A DNA stretch of 64,000 bases from Spirochaetia bacterium (GTDB lineage: Bacteria > Spirochaetota > Spirochaetia > UBA9216). The position numbers and the translations under genes are program-made. The notes under the pieces are model-generated. The model was not told where the DNA came from. It made no database searches and worked only from the letters and a program-made list of their open reading frames with translations. The stretch spans positions 544,001 through 608,000 of the forward strand of contig OZ223270.1 in the NCBI GenBank assembly GCA_965140585.1, given 5' to 3'. Below, piece by piece: positions 59,578 to 64,000 of the stretch (position 1 is its first letter; every line of letters begins with the position of its first letter).

Positions 59578-60130
59578 CGTGGGTTACTTTTATTCATCCT
59601 TACGCACTCGACCGGTAGTAATGATGGTGTAGTCCGGACAATATTTTCATTTTCTTGATTACCCCAGACTTTGCTTCAATTTCAGCATCAGGAATCTTAT
59701 TGATTCCCTGGTGTATTCTCTGGTTATTATAATAAGCAATGAATTCCGAGATGATTTTCTGAACCTGCTTCTTAGAAATCAGAAGAAAATGATCGAGAGC
59801 TTCTCTTCGGATAGTTCCGTTTAATCTTTCAACATAGGTATTCATATTTGGTGAAGCAAGAGAGATGTTAACACCTTTAATTCCATAATCAGAATAATCA
59901 ATTGCTTTTGATGATAGAGCTTTAATCAGTGCAAGACTGAACTTATCGTTTTTCTGAAACGCAGCTTCTTGTTCTGCAAGTTTGGATGCCGACTATAAAT
60001 CTCATTCTCTTTCTTCGGTAATAGCATTGTGAAGCAGAACATGAGTTGATTATAACCAGGAATTTTAAAGTGGTAAATTTACCATATTACATCACACAAA
60101 CAGTGCCGGATGTAAAAAAACCACGGGACG
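59578..60130 (-). mobile_element. IS copy E, deleted and degenerate
   Basis: Transposase C-terminus (VERLNGTIRRE...GLHHHYYRSSA), degenerate N-terminal remnant, ends CGTGGGTTACTTTT and AAAAAACCACGGGACG. Confidence 0.75.
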
Positions 60131-60219
60131 CGCTGTAACAGTGAAGATGTAAATCTATGAATATCTGGTTTATTCCTGATTCAGTGGTAGTATCTACATC
60201 TTCATTATCAGCTTCGACA

Positions 60220-61707
60220 TCATTCATCTATAAAATAACAGAGTTGACTGTAAGAGTTTACGAATGAAAGCCATTCCTTAAAAATTTCCAACTCATATCC
60301 GCTTAATTGAACCTTCTGTTTGAGATACACCGCCTCGGCAATCTCGCCCTGCTCGTATTTTTCCTCAATCAACTTTGTTTCGTCGACGCTCAAATTCCTC
60401 CGGGACTCCAGGGTCTCCAGTTTGCGGCGACTGAATTCCAGGCTTGAGACGGTTTGGGATATCTGCATCTGTATCTTTTGCCGCACCTGCATCTCCCGGG
60501 CTCTGTAGGATTCCAATTCCGCTTCCTTATGTTCCTTTTCAGCTTTTGAAAGACCGGAATCCCACAAAGAGGTGCTCCCGGCAAGGGTTATATTCAAATC
60601 ATAATCATCCTGCCGAAACCAGTCCTTTTCAACAAAAGGCACCCGTGCCCCGTTGTATGAAAAAGCGACCTTCAGCGCCAGATCCGGCCTGAAATTCCCT
60701 CCATTCTTGGCAACAGAGACTTCCTCTTCTTTAATCTTCGACGCCAGTGATAGCTGATTGAGCTGCCGGTTTTCAGACAATCCTGCAGCAACGGCATCCA
60801 GGCTTGAGGGAATCGGGAACAAATCCAGTTCAAGCTCTATACCGCTTAAATCAAGTCTGTCGGCTGAAAACGACGGATCGGCAATCAACTCCTGCATCAT
60901 GAACAGAAGTTTCATTTTCTCGTTTGCAATATCATTCTTTGCTTCCTGAATATCCAGTTGGCTTCCTGAGACCGCCAGAAAATCTCCCGGTTCAATAAAA
61001 CCCTTAAGATAATTCTCCTCCGTCAATCTTACAAGGTCTTCCGTCATCCCGCCCTGTCTATCCAGTATTGCTTCCATTTCTTCCATAATATAAAAGGAAT
61101 AATAAAGGCTCTCAACTTTCGCCGTCAGTTCTTTAGTATAGTCATCTGCCGATAACATGTCGATTTCAGCCTGTATATTCATAATTTCCTGATAGCCGGC
61201 AAGCCGTCCCCATGTGAACAACGGCTGCTGAAGCTCGAGTTTAAAATCAAAATATCCAGGTTCACCACCATCCATTATCTTAATATTATCCATTCCGGAG
61301 GCATCAGGCATGATTGAACCGAATGCCGCCGAATCCAGATAAATAGGATCCTGAGGATTTCCAATCAGAGTGTAGCTCAGTGTTGAATCTATACTGGGCA
61401 GCCTCATAGCCTTTGCCTTTTTTATTTCGATTCGACTTAAATCCGCTTTTTTTTGTTTCTGCAGCAGATCATAGTTTGCGGATATCACAGCCTCGGTAAA
61501 CTCGTCAACAGAGAGTGGGGCAGTACGGTTCCCGGTAGAAATCGCCGCCGCAGGAAAACCGCCTGAAAAAAACAGGAGAAAAGATAGAAATATGAGCAGC
61601 GGTATTCCCGCAGCTGGCTTAAAAAACATTGTTTGCAGCACAGTAGCTCCGTTAGTCCACATTGATCTCATGATATGCCTCATCATTGGATGACAACGTA
61701 TAGGCAT
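60220..61707 (-). CDS. TolC-family outer membrane efflux protein (start probably further in)
   Basis: RLPSID, LQQPLFTWG, FRPDL, SLWDSG repeat pattern. Confidence 0.85.
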   Translation of the reverse strand: MPIRCHPMMRHIMRSMWTNGATVLQTMFFKPAAGIPLLIFLSFLLFFSGGFPAAAISTGNRTAPLSVDEFTEAVISANYDLLQKQKKADLSRIEIKKAKAMRLPSIDSTLSYTLIGNPQDPIYLDSAAFGSIMPDASGMDNIKIMDGGEPGYFDFKLELQQPLFTWGRLAGYQEIMNIQAEIDMLSADDYTKELTAKVESLYYSFYIMEEMEAILDRQGGMTEDLVRLTEENYLKGFIEPGDFLAVSGSQLDIQEAKNDIANEKMKLLFMMQELIADPSFSADRLDLSGIELELDLFPIPSSLDAVAAGLSENRQLNQLSLASKIKEEEVSVAKNGGNFRPDLALKVAFSYNGARVPFVEKDWFRQDDYDLNITLAGSTSLWDSGLSKAEKEHKEAELESYRAREMQVRQKIQMQISQTVSSLEFSRRKLETLESRRNLSVDETKLIEEKYEQGEIAEAVYLKQKVQLSGYELEIFKEWLSFVNSYSQLCYFIDE

Positions 61708-62902
61708 CCGAACCGTCGCTTACTACTTCACCGTCAACCGAAAGACTCAGCGCAACATCACTGGCATTACCTGTATAACTGCTGTCCTCCCAGGATATAT
61801 CATCAATACTGAAATGTCCGGTTTCCGAGGTTGTATCATTAATACTTTTAGTCGATGTTACACCGCTGTATTCCCGGATTTTCCCGGTCTCGGGGTTTGT
61901 CAGGCTGATCTTGACGGTTTTACCGCTGACATATGCCCCTGAGGAAACATCATAAACTCTGCCGCTCAGACTCTGCGTAAAATCGGTCTGCTTAAGCTGA
62001 ATATCATTCAGAACATTCAATTCGTCTGCGGTTATCACAGTTCGGTAAACTGGCTCCGTCGCGACACCGTCTCCATCCAGATCCGCATCCTCACTGATGT
62101 CCGAATCCCAATCGCTATCGGATGTATATCCGTCTAGGACAAATTCCAGCAGAAGACTGGTTGTTCCTATATTCTCCGCCTTATTTGGCATATACGGATA
62201 CGATACCTGGCCTGAATAATCACCATATTCATCGGTGGTGAATGTGTAATCCGGCGAATCGCCATAAACTGCATTTATTACAGCGCTGCCTGAATATTCC
62301 CAGCTTTCTGGGACATATATATTCACTTCAACATTGCTGAGCGCTTCGGTATCATAGATGGAACCGGCGCCCCCAACCCAACTGGCAATATTTCCCTTGA
62401 TATCCGCGGTGTTCACAGCACGGCTTATTCTGATTGGCGCCAGTGTGTTATTTACATCCGATACTATATAGATGGATGTATCACTCTTTGTCAGTCCGTA
62501 ATCAGGATGATAGAAGATGAAGAAAATATCACGGCGATCAGCAGTTTTTCCATAAGCTGGGAAAATACTGTCCCAGATTATCCCGTTAAATGAAAAAGCC
62601 CCGTCAGAATCCGTAACCGTCGAGAGAAAATACCCGGCGTCAACCACCTCTTCTCCCGGCTGATCAGGCAGGCGTAATTCGGTTTCCCAGGCTGTGTAGT
62701 CAGCGGCCCAGTTATCAGCATCAATATAAAGATAAACAAGGGCCTCTGATATTCCGGAATCGGATTCCAGATTGTCAAACAACTCCTCGTCATGAAGCTC
62801 ACCGGAAATGCTTCCGGTGAAGACTGAAGAACAGGATAAAAATACGATTGAAAACAGAAGTCCTGCGATTATCGCAACAACTGGGATTAATTTAATTTTC
62901 AT
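61652..62902 (-). CDS. Acidic beta-rich lipoprotein of unknown function
   Basis: Lipobox FLSC; three units with TDSDGAF, TDEYGDY and ETGHF motifs. Confidence 0.6.
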   Translation of the reverse strand: MKIKLIPVVAIIAGLLFSIVFLSCSSVFTGSISGELHDEELFDNLESDSGISEALVYLYIDADNWAADYTAWETELRLPDQPGEEVVDAGYFLSTVTDSDGAFSFNGIIWDSIFPAYGKTADRRDIFFIFYHPDYGLTKSDTSIYIVSDVNNTLAPIRISRAVNTADIKGNIASWVGGAGSIYDTEALSNVEVNIYVPESWEYSGSAVINAVYGDSPDYTFTTDEYGDYSGQVSYPYMPNKAENIGTTSLLLEFVLDGYTSDSDWDSDISEDADLDGDGVATEPVYRTVITADELNVLNDIQLKQTDFTQSLSGRVYDVSSGAYVSGKTVKISLTNPETGKIREYSGVTSTKSINDTTSETGHFSIDDISWEDSSYTGNASDVALSLSVDGEVVSDGSDAYTLSSNDEAYHEINVD

Positions 62903-64000
62903 GAGTGGATACCTCCGAGGTTATAGATACAGGTTTATTTTGCAATATACGTTCCTGGCGTCTTTCAATAAGATAATAAAGCACCGGAATCATAATCAGT
63001 GTTATCAGTGTTGAGGTTATAAGGCCCCCGAAGATCGCCTGCCCCAGGGGGGCGTAGATATCTGAGCCCTCTCCGCCGCCAAGGGCCATAGGCAGAACAC
63101 CGAGCATTGTAGTAAAGGTCGTCATTAAAATCGGCTGAATACGGGAACTGCCTCCTTCAAGGATAGCCTCCATGAGTGGCATCTTCTTCTCGCGGCGCAG
63201 GAAGTTGGTATAGTCTACCAGTACTATTGCATTGTTCACAACAATACCGGCTAATGCGATGATCCCGAGAAAAGGGATCAGCGAGATTGTTGATCCGAAG
63301 GCTCTCAGGCTGGCTACAACCCCAATCAGGCAGAATGGGATTGAGGCCATTATGATCAGCGGCTGTATAAAGCGTTCGAACTGAATAACCATAACTACAT
63401 ATACCAGAAATACAGCTATCCCGAGCATCAGGAACAGCGGGCCGATCGAATCCGAAACCATCTCGGAAGCACCCTTAATCTCCCAGTTGACGCCGATGGG
63501 AAACTCGAACTCAGACAGAACATCGTTCATACGTGCGGTAATGGCTCCCGTCTCGTTAGTATTCATCATGCCGGATACCTCAACCGAGTAGAGCCTGTCA
63601 ACCCGGGAGATACTTGTTACAGCCGGCTGTAATTCCATCTGGGAAAAGCTTGAAAAATTGATCATTTCTCCCTGGCTCGAAATGAGGCTGATTTTTTCGA
63701 AGGTTTCTTCGCTTACCGGCTGACCATGGACTTCTGATACAAGGTTGATATCATAGCTGTTATCTCCCGTTTCATACTTTCCTACAACCTCACCGTTAAA
63801 GAGGATCCTGTTAGTCAGACCGGCCTCGTATGGCGTGATGCCTAGAGAACCCATCTTTTCTAGCATCAAATCGGACACAATTTCTACGCCGCTTTGATTA
63901 ACATTCATTTCGGTATTAATAATTGCCGGGTCCTGGGCCATCAGGCTCTCGATCGTTTTCCCCGCCCTGATAACCTCATTCAGATTATTACCCCGGGCCT
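62892..64000 (-). CDS. RND (AcrB-family) efflux permease, 5' end outside the window
   Basis: VMVIQFE, GIVVNNAIVLVD, SRIQPILMT, GGLITSTLITL. Confidence 0.93.
   Translation of the reverse strand, partial: ARGNNLNEVIRAGKTIESLMAQDPAIINTEMNVNQSGVEIVSDLMLEKMGSLGITPYEAGLTNRILFNGEVVGKYETGDNSYDINLVSEVHGQPVSEETFEKISLISSQGEMINFSSFSQMELQPAVTSISRVDRLYSVEVSGMMNTNETGAITARMNDVLSEFEFPIGVNWEIKGASEMVSDSIGPLFLMLGIAVFLVYVVMVIQFERFIQPLIIMASIPFCLIGVVASLRAFGSTISLIPFLGIIALAGIVVNNAIVLVDYTNFLRREKKMPLMEAILEGGSSRIQPILMTTFTTMLGVLPMALGGGEGSDIYAPLGQAIFGGLITSTLITLIMIPVLYYLIERRQERILQNKPVSITSEVSTHEN

Noticed and set aside
1-64000. CRISPR array or diversity-generating retroelement
   Set aside because: No regularly spaced repeat-spacer array, no cas genes, no reverse transcriptase or template/variable repeat pair noticed

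Overview
Chromosomal window, most likely from a free-living spirochaete (inferred from gene order and content). 1-19.6 kb is core genome: a partial LamG-like gene, uvrC, a candidate structured small RNA, an EEP hydrolase, the lptC-lptA-lptB-rpoN-hpf-hprK-ptsH-(DUF4390-like)-ntrY-ntrX-lexA-holA cluster, cheR/cheB, an RseC-family gene, a YmdB-family phosphoesterase and an MCP. At tRNA-Leu(CAG) (19646-19729) a tandem array of integrated islands begins. It is marked by duplicated tRNA 3' halves at 55193-55265 (73 bp exact) and about 59502-59566 (degenerate), plus 12-bp-period GACGCC arm-like repeats, but no integrase gene is visible. Island 1 (about 35.5 kb) carries a defence-like cluster (OLD-family ATPase-TOPRIM, small RxxxxH HEPN-like protein, GNAT-PIN-ASCH/EVE-like fusion plus ASCH) and a MerR/ABC module between two 1117-bp DDE insertion sequences. 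It also carries the main candidate novel system: a near-complete type II secretion gene cluster transcribed divergently from a secreted PKD/beta-helix protein, a signal-peptide-bearing 3339-aa RHS polymorphic toxin and a putative immunity gene, followed by a highly structured non-coding element. Island 2 (about 4.3 kb) has PAP2 genes, an XRE regulator, BrnT/BrnA and IS debris. The window ends in an RND-lipoprotein-TolC efflux operon. All protein calls come from motif recognition by eye; no database searches were run.
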